From Candidatus Baldrarchaeota archaeon (GTDB taxonomy: Archaea > Asgardarchaeota > Baldrarchaeia > Baldrarchaeales > DXJG01), in assembly GCA_019056805.1 (NCBI GenBank), contig DXJG01000002.1, forward strand, positions 373,103-405,102: 32,000 bases of DNA. The letters are read 5' to 3'. The translations under genes were made by a program, and so were the position numbers. The notes beneath the pieces were generated by a model, which was not told where the DNA came from, searched no databases, and saw only the letters and a list, made by a program, of their open reading frames with translations. Below are positions 17,286 through 25,728 of this stretch, piece by piece (the stretch's first letter is position 1; the number at the start of each line of letters is the position of its first letter).

Positions 17286-18260
17286 ATGGCGATGCTAGAA
17301 GTTGAAGATCTTAAAATCTACTACGAAGTCATCGGAGGAGATGTAAAAGCCGTAGATGGAGTATACTTTGATTTAGAAAAGGGAGAAGCATTAGGATTAG
17401 CAGGTGAATCTGGCTGTGGAAAAACCACCGCAGCCCTCGGTATACTAAGACTATTACCTTCAAACGGAAGAATAGCAGGTGGAAAAATACTATTTGAAGG
17501 CAAAGATCTAGCAAAAATGAGCGAAGAATCCATAAGAAAATATAGATGGAAAAGAATATCAATTATATTTCAAGGAGCAATGAACGCCTTAAACCCCGTT
17601 ATAAGAGTCGGAAACCAGATAGTTGAAGCAATATTAGCACATGAAAATGTCACAGAACAGGAAGCATGGAGAAGAACGGAAGAACTATTCGAAATGGTTG
17701 GATTAGATCCAGAAAGAGCAAAAGACTATCCACATGAACTTAGCGGTGGAATGAGACAAAGAGTAATGATAGCCATGGCATTAGCATGCAACCCTGATCT
17801 AGTAATTGCAGATGAACCAACAACAGCCCTTGACGTAACAATCCAAGCACAAGTCTTAGAATTAATGAAAAAATTACAAAAAGAACTGAATCTATCATTA
17901 ATACTAATTACTCATGATCTAGCTGTTATAGCAGAAACATGTAATAAAGTAGCCATTATGTATGCTGGTAAAATAGCGGAATATGCCGATACCTACACAA
18001 TTTTTAAGAAACCGTTACACCCATATACAAGAGGACTTATCAAAGCAGTACCAAGCATAAAAGGTACAAAAGAAAAACTTGTAGCAATCCCAGGAAGTCC
18101 ACCAGACCTATTATATCCTCCGCCTGGCTGCAGATTCCACCCACGCTGCAAATACGCCAAAGATATATGCAAAGAAAAAGAACCAGAACTCACCGAAGTA
18201 GCACCAGGACATTACGCCTCATGTCACTTCGTAGATGAAATGAAAAACATACCATTCTAG
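17286..18260 (+). CDS. oppD: Peptide ABC transporter ATP-binding protein
   Basis: Walker A GESGCGKT, signature ELSGGMRQR, Walker B IADEPTT, H-loop ITHDL, C-terminal PPGCRFHPRC domain. RBS GGAGGT favours the ATG at 17286. Confidence 0.95.
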   Translation: MAMLEVEDLKIYYEVIGGDVKAVDGVYFDLEKGEALGLAGESGCGKTTAALGILRLLPSNGRIAGGKILFEGKDLAKMSEESIRKYRWKRISIIFQGAMNALNPVIRVGNQIVEAILAHENVTEQEAWRRTEELFEMVGLDPERAKDYPHELSGGMRQRVMIAMALACNPDLVIADEPTTALDVTIQAQVLELMKKLQKELNLSLILITHDLAVIAETCNKVAIMYAGKIAEYADTYTIFKKPLHPYTRGLIKAVPSIKGTKEKLVAIPGSPPDLLYPPPGCRFHPRCKYAKDICKEKEPELTEVAPGHYASCHFVDEMKNIPF

Positions 18261-18270
18261 GTGAGACAAA

Positions 18271-19263
18271 ATGGAAAATAAAACTGTAATAAAAGTAGAA
18301 AACTTAAGAAAATGGTTCCCAATCAGAAGGAGCTTCTTTGCAACACTGTTTTCAAAAGAAGAACTTTATGTCAAAGCAGTCGACGGAGTAGACTTTGAAA
18401 TAAAAGAAAGAGAAGTTTTCTGTCTAGCAGGTGAATCTGGCTGTGGAAAAACAACAACCGCAAGAACCATACTCAGACTTGTAGAACCCACAGATGGAAA
18501 AATCTATTTTGATGGTGACGACATAACACACTTAAAAACAAAAGAACTCAAACCTTACAGAATAAAAATGCAAATAATATTCCAAGACCCCTACGAATCT
18601 CTAAACCCTAGACTATCAGTCTTCGATATAGTTTCAGAACCCCTACAAGTAAACAAACTATATGAATCTCAAAGAGAACTTAAAGAAAAAGTAGCAACAG
18701 CACTAGAAGAAGTTGAATTGATCCCCCCAGAAAGATTCATGTACAGATTCCCACACGAACTTAGTGGTGGACAAAGACAAAGAGTAGCAATAGCAAGAGC
18801 AATAATAACAAGACCAAGATTCATAGCTGCAGACGAACCCGTATCAATGCTTGACGTTTCAATAAGAGCAGAAATTCTCGAATTAATGGACCGCTTTAAA
18901 CGCGAGTTTAACATAGCTTACCTATACATTACTCACGATCTATCAACAGCACGATACGTAAGTGATAGAATAGGAATCATGTACCTCGGAAAAATAGTTG
19001 AAACAGGCAACATAGACAAAGTATTAGATGACCCACAACACCCATACACACAAGCTCTAATATCAGCAATACCAGTACCAGACCCAACAATGAAAAGGAA
19101 ACGTGTAATATTAAGAGGCGAGCCACCAAACCCGATATATCCTCCGCCTGGCTGCAGATTCCACCCACGTTGTCCCTATGCTAAAGATGTATGCAAAGAA
19201 AAAGAACCAGAGATGGTAAAAGTCGGAGAAGAACACTACGCAGCCTGTTGGTTACTCAGCTAA
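18271..19263 (+). CDS. oppF: Peptide ABC transporter ATP-binding protein
   Basis: GESGCGKT, FQDPYESLNP, ELSGGQRQR, AADEPVS, ITHDL, HPYTQAL and PPGCRFHPRC motifs. Confidence 0.95.
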   Translation: MENKTVIKVENLRKWFPIRRSFFATLFSKEELYVKAVDGVDFEIKEREVFCLAGESGCGKTTTARTILRLVEPTDGKIYFDGDDITHLKTKELKPYRIKMQIIFQDPYESLNPRLSVFDIVSEPLQVNKLYESQRELKEKVATALEEVELIPPERFMYRFPHELSGGQRQRVAIARAIITRPRFIAADEPVSMLDVSIRAEILELMDRFKREFNIAYLYITHDLSTARYVSDRIGIMYLGKIVETGNIDKVLDDPQHPYTQALISAIPVPDPTMKRKRVILRGEPPNPIYPPPGCRFHPRCPYAKDVCKEKEPEMVKVGEEHYAACWLLS

Positions 19264-19616
19264 ACCAAAATAATTCTCTCAGTTTTTTCACTTAATAATT
19301 ACTTAAAATTGGCTTCCATCCCAACATATATTTTTCTATTTCCTTATTGTTGAAAATTACAGTTTAGTATGTACCCTGTTATTGAAATAGTTGTGCTATG
19401 GTAAATAGTATATCTAATAGCATTTTATTTTAAAAGTAGGTCAATAAATTTTTCGCGTCACCTATATAAAATAGCATCATTGTTTTGCTGAAGCTTTATC
19501 GAACCTTTTACTCAGATGTTTAAAATCCATAAATCGAAAACTATATTAGTAAGGTTATGAATAAAAAATTAAAAAGCTGTTACCGAATATGCATGTTTAG
19601 TGGAGAGGTGGATAGC

Positions 19617-20516
19617 GTGAAAAAAGCTGCAATCTTAATAACACTATTTGTCTTAACCTTAGCCTTGGCATGGATACCAACAAACAGTGGAGTAGTTGCT
19701 GCTCCAACCGTTACAATCAAACAAATCAGTGTGAAAACAATACCACGCGTCGATGCGCCGCAAGCTCTTTATATCAGCAATGAACCACTCGTTACTGGGA
19801 GTGTAAAAGCTGATGTAGCTATCGAGGATGTTACAATCGAGGTATCTCCAACAACAGATGGTTTTGTAGAGTCGATAGTCAGTATTCACATATATGTTGA
19901 ACCTGAAAATGCAACGTTCAGCGGTACCTACTCCATAATTAGTTCGGAAGGAGATGTTATTAGAGAAGAGGAAATAGAATTCGAAGGTTTTTACGGTGCA
20001 ATATGGGATACAACGACAATACCAGATGGCGAGTACACAGTTAACGTTACTGGTGTGGATTATTTGGGTAACAGATTTACTGATGCAGTAACCGTGAAAG
20101 TTGACAACACTCCACCAGAAATAACATTCGTAACCCCAGCAAATGGATCGTCACTACTCGGAACAGTAGTAATAAACTTTACCATAACTGATCTATACCT
20201 AGAAACTGAAGCAACCTTAAGAATAGATGCAGTAGAAATAGCCTTAACTGTCACATCAGGTACACCTGTACTATACACATGGGACACAACAGAGGTTGGT
20301 GATGGAGTCCACACGATCGTAGTAACGGCACGTGACGCTTTAAGAGAAGCATCAGCATCATTGATAGTTGAAACACTAAATTACATAAAAATAGCCAATT
20401 CCGCATTAACATACGGTATCCTACTAGGACTTCCACTCGGTCTCGGCATTGGTGTAATAATCTCATTTGCACTAGCAAAAGCTATGATTCCAAAGAAACT
20501 CAAAGAAGAGGGTTAA
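19617..20516 (+). CDS. Membrane-anchored surface protein with two Ig-like (Big-type) domains
   Basis: GTG start after RBS GAGGTG and a signal peptide. Repeated WDTTTIPDGEYTVNVTGVD / WDTTEVGDGVHTIVVTARD with a DNTPPEITFVTP linker. C-terminal TM helix with a basic tail. Confidence 0.8.
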   Translation: MKKAAILITLFVLTLALAWIPTNSGVVAAPTVTIKQISVKTIPRVDAPQALYISNEPLVTGSVKADVAIEDVTIEVSPTTDGFVESIVSIHIYVEPENATFSGTYSIISSEGDVIREEEIEFEGFYGAIWDTTTIPDGEYTVNVTGVDYLGNRFTDAVTVKVDNTPPEITFVTPANGSSLLGTVVINFTITDLYLETEATLRIDAVEIALTVTSGTPVLYTWDTTEVGDGVHTIVVTARDALREASASLIVETLNYIKIANSALTYGILLGLPLGLGIGVIISFALAKAMIPKKLKEEG

Positions 20517-20521
20517 CGACA

Positions 20522-20558
20522 TTTACTCTTTCTTTTATTTTGTATCTTTTTTCTTTTT
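20522..20558 (+). terminator. T-rich terminator-like tract
   Basis: Long pyrimidine/T run immediately after the 20516 stop. Confidence 0.45.
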
Positions 20559-20618
20559 AGTTTCTAATTTTGATAAACTTTAAAATCCATATATGTACTG
20601 AGTTTAATTTGGTGGATA

Positions 20619-21041
20619 TTGTTGGAAGAGAAGAGTCTGGAGGAACTAGTATCAAAATTAAAGGAAGCAAGAGAATATTTGAGTAAAGCAATAAATGTAT
20701 TTGAAACACCTAAAAAACTAAAATTTTTTGACGCTATCCTTGGAGGTCTTTTCGTACGCGTAGGAGTAGCAACCTTACCGGCAAAATATAGAAAAGCACT
20801 GATCTATGTTGCAAAAGCACAAGAGTCGCTAAATAATATGCAAAAACTACTTGAGGAACTATCAGAAGAAGCATATGATATAGTGGCCCCTGCTTTACAA
20901 AATATTCATAATATAGATCTAAATCAAATCATGCTAATTTTATCTAAAGAATGGCCAGAAAATGAAATAATCCAACAAATAGACAACAAATTACAAATAA
21001 TTGAAAATATCATAAAAAACGTAGAGAAAATCAAAATTTAA
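20619..21041 (+). CDS. Hypothetical alpha-helical protein (140 aa)
   Basis: Intact ORF with host-like codon usage; helical segments flank a short hydrophobic FFDAILGGLFVRVGV stretch. Confidence 0.65.
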   Translation: MLEEKSLEELVSKLKEAREYLSKAINVFETPKKLKFFDAILGGLFVRVGVATLPAKYRKALIYVAKAQESLNNMQKLLEELSEEAYDIVAPALQNIHNIDLNQIMLILSKEWPENEIIQQIDNKLQIIENIIKNVEKIKI

Positions 21042-21105
21042 AAACAACTAATTTTAAAATCAAAATTCAAAATTTCAAAAGACTTAAGAAAATTTTATCA
21101 GCATA

Positions 21106-21213
21106 CTACTTCTTTCTTCTTCTCTGTTTTCTCTTCATTCTTCTTCTTCTCTTCTTAAGCCATTTTCTCCTCATTCCATGCCGCTTAGCTTTAACACCCC
21201 ATAAATGTCCCAC
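21106..21213 (-). CDS. rpl41e: Ribosomal protein eL41/eS32 (L41e), 35 aa; absent from the ORF track
   Basis: Minus-strand translation: MGHLWGVKAKRHGMRRKWLKKRRRRMKRKQRRRKK*. GTG start at 21213 with a perfect GGAGGT 7 nt upstream. The core MRRKWLKKRRRRMKRKQR matches the eL41 pattern MRxKWxKKRxRRxKRxxR. Confidence 0.85.
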   Translation of the reverse strand: MGHLWGVKAKRHGMRRKWLKKRRRRMKRKQRRRKK

Positions 21214-21271
21214 TTTCTTAACCTCCATCCAACTGGTCAAGATTTAAAATTACGCTGATTTAATGAACACA

Positions 21272-21292
21272 TAGCTTAAAAACTTTAAGCTA
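21272..21292. promoter_or_regulatory. Perfect 9-bp inverted repeat between the divergent rpl41e and AIR-synthase-family genes
   Basis: TAGCTTAAA-AAC-TTTAAGCTA; each arm contains a TTTAA TATA-like element. Confidence 0.35.
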
Positions 21293-21434
21293 GGAAAGAT
21301 AATACTTCATCTTCTAAAAAATTATAAAATTTAAACATTTCCTTTAATACTACTATTACCCAATTAAATATACTACAACAAAGAAGTGTAAGTAAAAGAT
21401 AAAATACTGATTGACAAACTTTGGAGGCTTAGCT

Positions 21435-22472
21435 TTGAGTATAAAGTTACCAGAAGGGAAAATTCCTCCAGAGACATTAAAAAATATCGTTTTTAAAAAT
21501 CTTGGAGTATCAAATCCAAGAGTGCTGTTAGGACCTGGAATAGGAGAAGATGCGGCGGTAATAGAATTAGAGCGGAAAGTAATTGTAGTAGCTACAGATC
21601 CAATCACGGGAGCAATAGAGGACATAGGATGGCTAAGTGTGCATATAAATGCTAACGATATTGCGTGTCACGGCGCAAAACCCACATGGTTCCTATCCAC
21701 AATTCTCCTCCCAGAAGACTCAGATGAAAAAATATTAGAAAAAATAGTTGTACAAATGGACAAGGCAGCAAAGGAACTAGAAGTAACCATTGTGGGAGGA
21801 CACACCGAAGTTACACCTGGACTAAAACGACCAATAGTCACAGGATTCATGATAGGAGAAGTAGAAAAAGGTAAATTTATTACAAGTAGTGGAGCCTCAC
21901 CCGGCGATAAAATCATCCTAACAAAAGGAGTAGCCATCGAAGGAACAGCAATAATAGCAGCCGAAAGAGAAAAAGAACTTCTCAATATACTCGATAAAAA
22001 CTTAGTAGAGAAAGCAAAGCAGTACAAATGGAAAATAAGCGTTGTTAAAGACGCATTAACAGCAGTAGAGGTTGGGGGGGTAACTGCAATGCACGACCCA
22101 ACAGAGGGAGGAGTTCTAGGAGGTTTACATGAGATAGCAGATGCAAGCAAAGTAGGATTCGCAATACAAGAAGAAAAAATAAAAAAGATGATCAGCAAAG
22201 AAACAAGAAAAATATGTGAAACATTGCAAATAGATCCCTTATGTTTAATAGGCAGTGGAGCATTGCTCATAACGGCAAAACCTGAAAAAGCGGAACAAAT
22301 AGTTAATACTCTTAACGACAAAGGAATATTTGCAGAAATCATAGGTCACATACTAGATAACCCTAAGAGAAGAATATTCTTTAGAAAAGATGGGAAAACA
22401 AAGAAAGCTCAAAGACCCATGCAAGACTCTCTCTGGGAAGCTTTATCAAAAAAATTAAAAGTTAATCGATAG
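21435..22472 (+). CDS. AIR synthase-related protein (PurM/HypE/ThiL superfamily)
   Basis: GPGIGEDAAV, ATDPITG, HINANDIA, IVGGHTEVTPGL, SSGASPGDKIILTKG, AMHDPTEGGVLGGLHE and LIGSGALL motifs. RBS GGAGG favours the TTG at 21435. Confidence 0.88.
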   Translation: MSIKLPEGKIPPETLKNIVFKNLGVSNPRVLLGPGIGEDAAVIELERKVIVVATDPITGAIEDIGWLSVHINANDIACHGAKPTWFLSTILLPEDSDEKILEKIVVQMDKAAKELEVTIVGGHTEVTPGLKRPIVTGFMIGEVEKGKFITSSGASPGDKIILTKGVAIEGTAIIAAEREKELLNILDKNLVEKAKQYKWKISVVKDALTAVEVGGVTAMHDPTEGGVLGGLHEIADASKVGFAIQEEKIKKMISKETRKICETLQIDPLCLIGSGALLITAKPEKAEQIVNTLNDKGIFAEIIGHILDNPKRRIFFRKDGKTKKAQRPMQDSLWEALSKKLKVNR

Positions 22473-22956
22473 TTAAACCAGCTTTCTTAAGCAATTCCAA
22501 TATTATTATACCAATAAACACCCAAAAACCAGCTTGGAAAGTATCAATTAAAGCATAAAAAGCAGAAGCAAAAATAGGAACGAAAAATATAGAAATAAGA
22601 AAAGTAGGTAAAAATCCTCCAATCAATGCGCCAGAAACTACATATAAAACCTTCTTCATTCTCTTTCTTTCCTCACTAACAACATCCTTTACTATTCCCG
22701 TCGAAAATCCTAAAGCTACATTACCCAACAATGGGATAAGAGGAAATTCACCTCCACGAATAGAACCAGCAACACCCACAATTACACCACATAAACTCCC
22801 ACCGAGAGAACCCATAAGCATACCAGCTAATTGAGGAATTAAAAATGAAGGAGTAAGTTCTACGACGCCAGGTATAACCACAATAGCAGCAAAATATCTT
22901 AACAAAGCTCCGAGGGCACCTAAAACAGTTACAATCGCAATCTGTTTAGCATTCAC
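22462..22956 (-). CDS. ECF transporter S-component-like membrane protein
   Basis: GTG start after GGAGGT. About 5-6 TM helices; N-terminal IAIVTVLGALGALL, and PQLAGMLMGSLGGSLCGVIVG resembling the S-component GxxxG pattern. Confidence 0.6.
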   Translation of the reverse strand: MNAKQIAIVTVLGALGALLRYFAAIVVIPGVVELTPSFLIPQLAGMLMGSLGGSLCGVIVGVAGSIRGGEFPLIPLLGNVALGFSTGIVKDVVSEERKRMKKVLYVVSGALIGGFLPTFLISIFFVPIFASAFYALIDTFQAGFWVFIGIIILELLKKAGLTID

Positions 22957-22973
22957 CTCAAAACCTCCACATA

Positions 22974-23966
22974 TCATTTAGATAAAGCGTCAAATAATGC
23001 TCTTACCAGAATATTTAACTCTTTCGTTGAGGCTACACCAACCATAAGGAATTTCACATATTTTAAAGCAAATTCAATAGCTTCTAACGGCTTTAACCTA
23101 CCCCCAGCTAAAACCTTAATAGCAATAACTGGCCTTTTTGCTTCTTCAACAGCTTTAAGAGACAACTCTTTTGAGGGAAACATCATGACACCAAGCATAT
23201 TTATAGGGGTCATAAAACCATTAAAACTAAGTTTAGATTTTTCTAATACCGGAATCGTGATGCCAGAATGATGAGAACCAAGAATTACGAGGCCTCCATA
23301 CAAACTTTGTAGAAAACTTAACAAACTATCCAAAAGATCAAACCGTCCGGAAACAACTAAAAAATCAATCTCAGAACCTGGTTCAACAAACACTACTTTA
23401 TATCCATCAAAAATGTTTAAAATACGTTCAACAGGACGTAAATTTATCGAAAGTCTCTTAAAATCTTCTTTCGCATAGGGCTTCAAATGTTTGGATGCTT
23501 TTAAAAACTGTTTTTTCCATCCTTTTCTCCACTGTAAAACCGGATCATTCAGATATCTTTTTAAAAGATCATTCTCATCAACAAGTTTCTTTTCGTTATG
23601 ATAATAGGTTAACCATCTTCTAAATACATCAATTGGTTTACCGTCGATTTCAAGAGGCACTGGTATACAAATTCCAAGACCAATTTCAATTCCATAGTTA
23701 GCTTCCACCTTTTTAATAGCATTAAGTAAATTATTGAAAAGAGAGTTTTCTATATCTGGCATAACACCTAAAACATCAATACCATATTCAACGGCAACCG
23801 ATAAAATTTCTATAATATTCTCTATATTGCTAAAGCGTTTCCTGTAAATTTCGTCATGCTTAAAAGACTTATAAGAAACACCGATGAAAGGTAATGAACC
23901 TAATATCAACATCGGAAATTTGTATTTTTCTATTTCTAGGCGTGGAATTACATTTTCATGTTTCAA
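22974..23966 (-). CDS. Hypothetical protein, probable aldo/keto-reductase-like TIM barrel
   Basis: Alternating beta/alpha pattern; the C-terminal FMTPINMLG and PVIAIKVLAGGRLKPLEAIEFA resemble AKR-like proteins. Confidence 0.55.
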   Translation of the reverse strand: MKHENVIPRLEIEKYKFPMLILGSLPFIGVSYKSFKHDEIYRKRFSNIENIIEILSVAVEYGIDVLGVMPDIENSLFNNLLNAIKKVEANYGIEIGLGICIPVPLEIDGKPIDVFRRWLTYYHNEKKLVDENDLLKRYLNDPVLQWRKGWKKQFLKASKHLKPYAKEDFKRLSINLRPVERILNIFDGYKVVFVEPGSEIDFLVVSGRFDLLDSLLSFLQSLYGGLVILGSHHSGITIPVLEKSKLSFNGFMTPINMLGVMMFPSKELSLKAVEEAKRPVIAIKVLAGGRLKPLEAIEFALKYVKFLMVGVASTKELNILVRALFDALSK

Positions 23967-24137
23967 TTTTCTTCCCCTTTTCCGCCTGATACACTTTATG
24001 ATACAATTCTAATAAAATAGATTTTGATGGAATTACTTCTAGGATATACGGCAATTATTTTTTAGGTTTATTGACTCTAAAGTTAAAATAGAAATGTCTT
24101 TCTGAAAACTCGAAGTCTTAAATCCACTCGCAATTCG

Positions 24138-24653
24138 GTGAAGCGTAGGATGATAAAGACATTAAAAGTGAAGATACGTCCTTATATGGAAGAAGATTTA
24201 GAGGGTGCTTCAAAAGTAGCTTATAGAGCTTTTAAGGGTACCCTCGATGCTAAATGGGCAATTTGGGGACTTAATAGATGTGAAAAAGTCCTAGTAGCTG
24301 AAATAGATGAAAATATAGTTGGTGTGGTGGAATTAGAAAGTTTCTGGTTTAAGAATATCCTTCATGGATACATATACTACATATTTGTTGACCCTGACTG
24401 GCAAAGACAAGGGGTTGGAAGCGCTTTACTTAGAGGTGCTGAATCTTATTTCAAGGAACAAGGAGCCAAATACATTTGGGCAACAACCGGTAAAAGAAAT
24501 TTCAAAGCCAAAAAATTCTTTGAAAAAAATAAATACAAAAACATTGACCCTCAAGAACTCAAAAAGAAGTATAGTAGGCGAGAATTTAAATATCTACTCT
24601 GGCATCTCTACTACTGGAGTGAAGATGTAATTTACCTCAAAAACATAACGTAA
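24138..24653 (+). CDS. GNAT family N-acetyltransferase
   Basis: IRPYMEED, ENIVGVV, motif A IFVDPDWQRQGVGSALL, and NFKAKKFFEKNKY. Confidence 0.9.
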   Translation: MKRRMIKTLKVKIRPYMEEDLEGASKVAYRAFKGTLDAKWAIWGLNRCEKVLVAEIDENIVGVVELESFWFKNILHGYIYYIFVDPDWQRQGVGSALLRGAESYFKEQGAKYIWATTGKRNFKAKKFFEKNKYKNIDPQELKKKYSRREFKYLLWHLYYWSEDVIYLKNIT

Positions 24654-24676
24654 GAAAATACTAGGGAGGAGAAAAC

Positions 24677-25675
24677 TTGAGTAGGGAATGGGAAATCATT
24701 CTATGCTCTGGCGCCGAACATTTAACAGACCAATTTAAAAAATTAAACTATAATGTTCATGTAAGCGGCTTAAACTATGATGAAAAACGTTTTTTCCCAA
24801 ACAGCGATCTCTACACAAGACTTGATACCGTGGAAGAACTAAGTGAAAAAAGAGTCTTGGTAATTCAAAGTGCAACCTATAGCGGAGAACTAGATAAAGA
24901 GAAATTTACCACTGCTGATCGACTCTGGGAAACCTTACAAGTATTAGATATACTTAAACATCCGCTAAAAGTCTCTGAAAAAGCACATAAATTTTACGAA
25001 TACCAAAAACTCGAACCTCCAAAAGAAATAATTGTACTTTACACGTTTTTACCATGTGCTCTCCAAGACAAAGCTTTCAAAACAGGTGAAGTAATATCTG
25101 CTAAGCTTGCAGCTGAACTAACCTTGATGAAAGCAAATAAAATAGTTACAATAGATCCACATCCACCTGAAAATGTGCTTTGGGTAAAAAAGCTAGTGGA
25201 AGATGGCAGACTAGAAGTGATATCGGCAGTACCAACACTAATAGAAGAGGCTGAAAAAAGATTTAACTTGAAATCCTACGATTTACTAACTCCTGATGAA
25301 GGGGCACAAGAAAGATTTGGAATCAAAGGCTTTAAAAAACAACGATTTGACAGCTTTACAGTTATGATAAGTGGTGACTTCGACGTTAGAGGGAAAGAAA
25401 TAATTGTTGTAGATGATTTAACAAAAAGCGGATCAACTTTAATAAAAGCTAGAAACACCCTACTAGAGAGTGGAGCAGAAGAAGTTGTATGTTGTGTAAC
25501 CCATGTTCTACCCACTGTAAGTGAAGGCGAAAAACTTCTCAGAAGACTCGTTGAAAAACTTGAGGGAAAAATTCTAACAACAAATACGGTTAGAACTAAA
25601 ACCTTTGAAGAAGAAAACCCCCAATGTCTAGTAGACATAGTACCAATTATCCATAATTGGTTACAAACCACGTAG
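24677..25675 (+). CDS. Ribose-phosphate pyrophosphokinase (PRS)-like protein with degenerate motifs
   Basis: KRFFPNSDLYTRL, LQDKAFKTGEVIS, TIDPH, TPDEGA, KKQR, GKEIIVVDDLTKSGSTL and GAEEVVCCVTH align with the PRS motifs. Confidence 0.8.
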   Translation: MSREWEIILCSGAEHLTDQFKKLNYNVHVSGLNYDEKRFFPNSDLYTRLDTVEELSEKRVLVIQSATYSGELDKEKFTTADRLWETLQVLDILKHPLKVSEKAHKFYEYQKLEPPKEIIVLYTFLPCALQDKAFKTGEVISAKLAAELTLMKANKIVTIDPHPPENVLWVKKLVEDGRLEVISAVPTLIEEAEKRFNLKSYDLLTPDEGAQERFGIKGFKKQRFDSFTVMISGDFDVRGKEIIVVDDLTKSGSTLIKARNTLLESGAEEVVCCVTHVLPTVSEGEKLLRRLVEKLEGKILTTNTVRTKTFEEENPQCLVDIVPIIHNWLQTT

Positions 25676-25728
25676 ATTTCAAGCAACATTTTAATAAAAC
25701 TAAGTTTGGGAGTTTATGTTAAGTTTAG

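Noticed and set aside
20619-21041. Faint resemblance of the FFDAILGGLF segment to a helical hypothetical family recalled from Firmicutes
   Set aside because: Too short and based on memory alone; it needs a profile search.
21105-21165. (TCT)n / pyrimidine-rich tract that looks like a microsatellite or terminator
   Set aside because: Explained as the antisense of Arg/Lys codons of the eL41 gene.
21668-22342. 224-aa and other long antisense ORFs (also 16520-17089 and 11603-12085)
   Set aside because: Fully nested opposite well-supported genes; Ser/Pro/Ile-rich translations typical of antisense frames.
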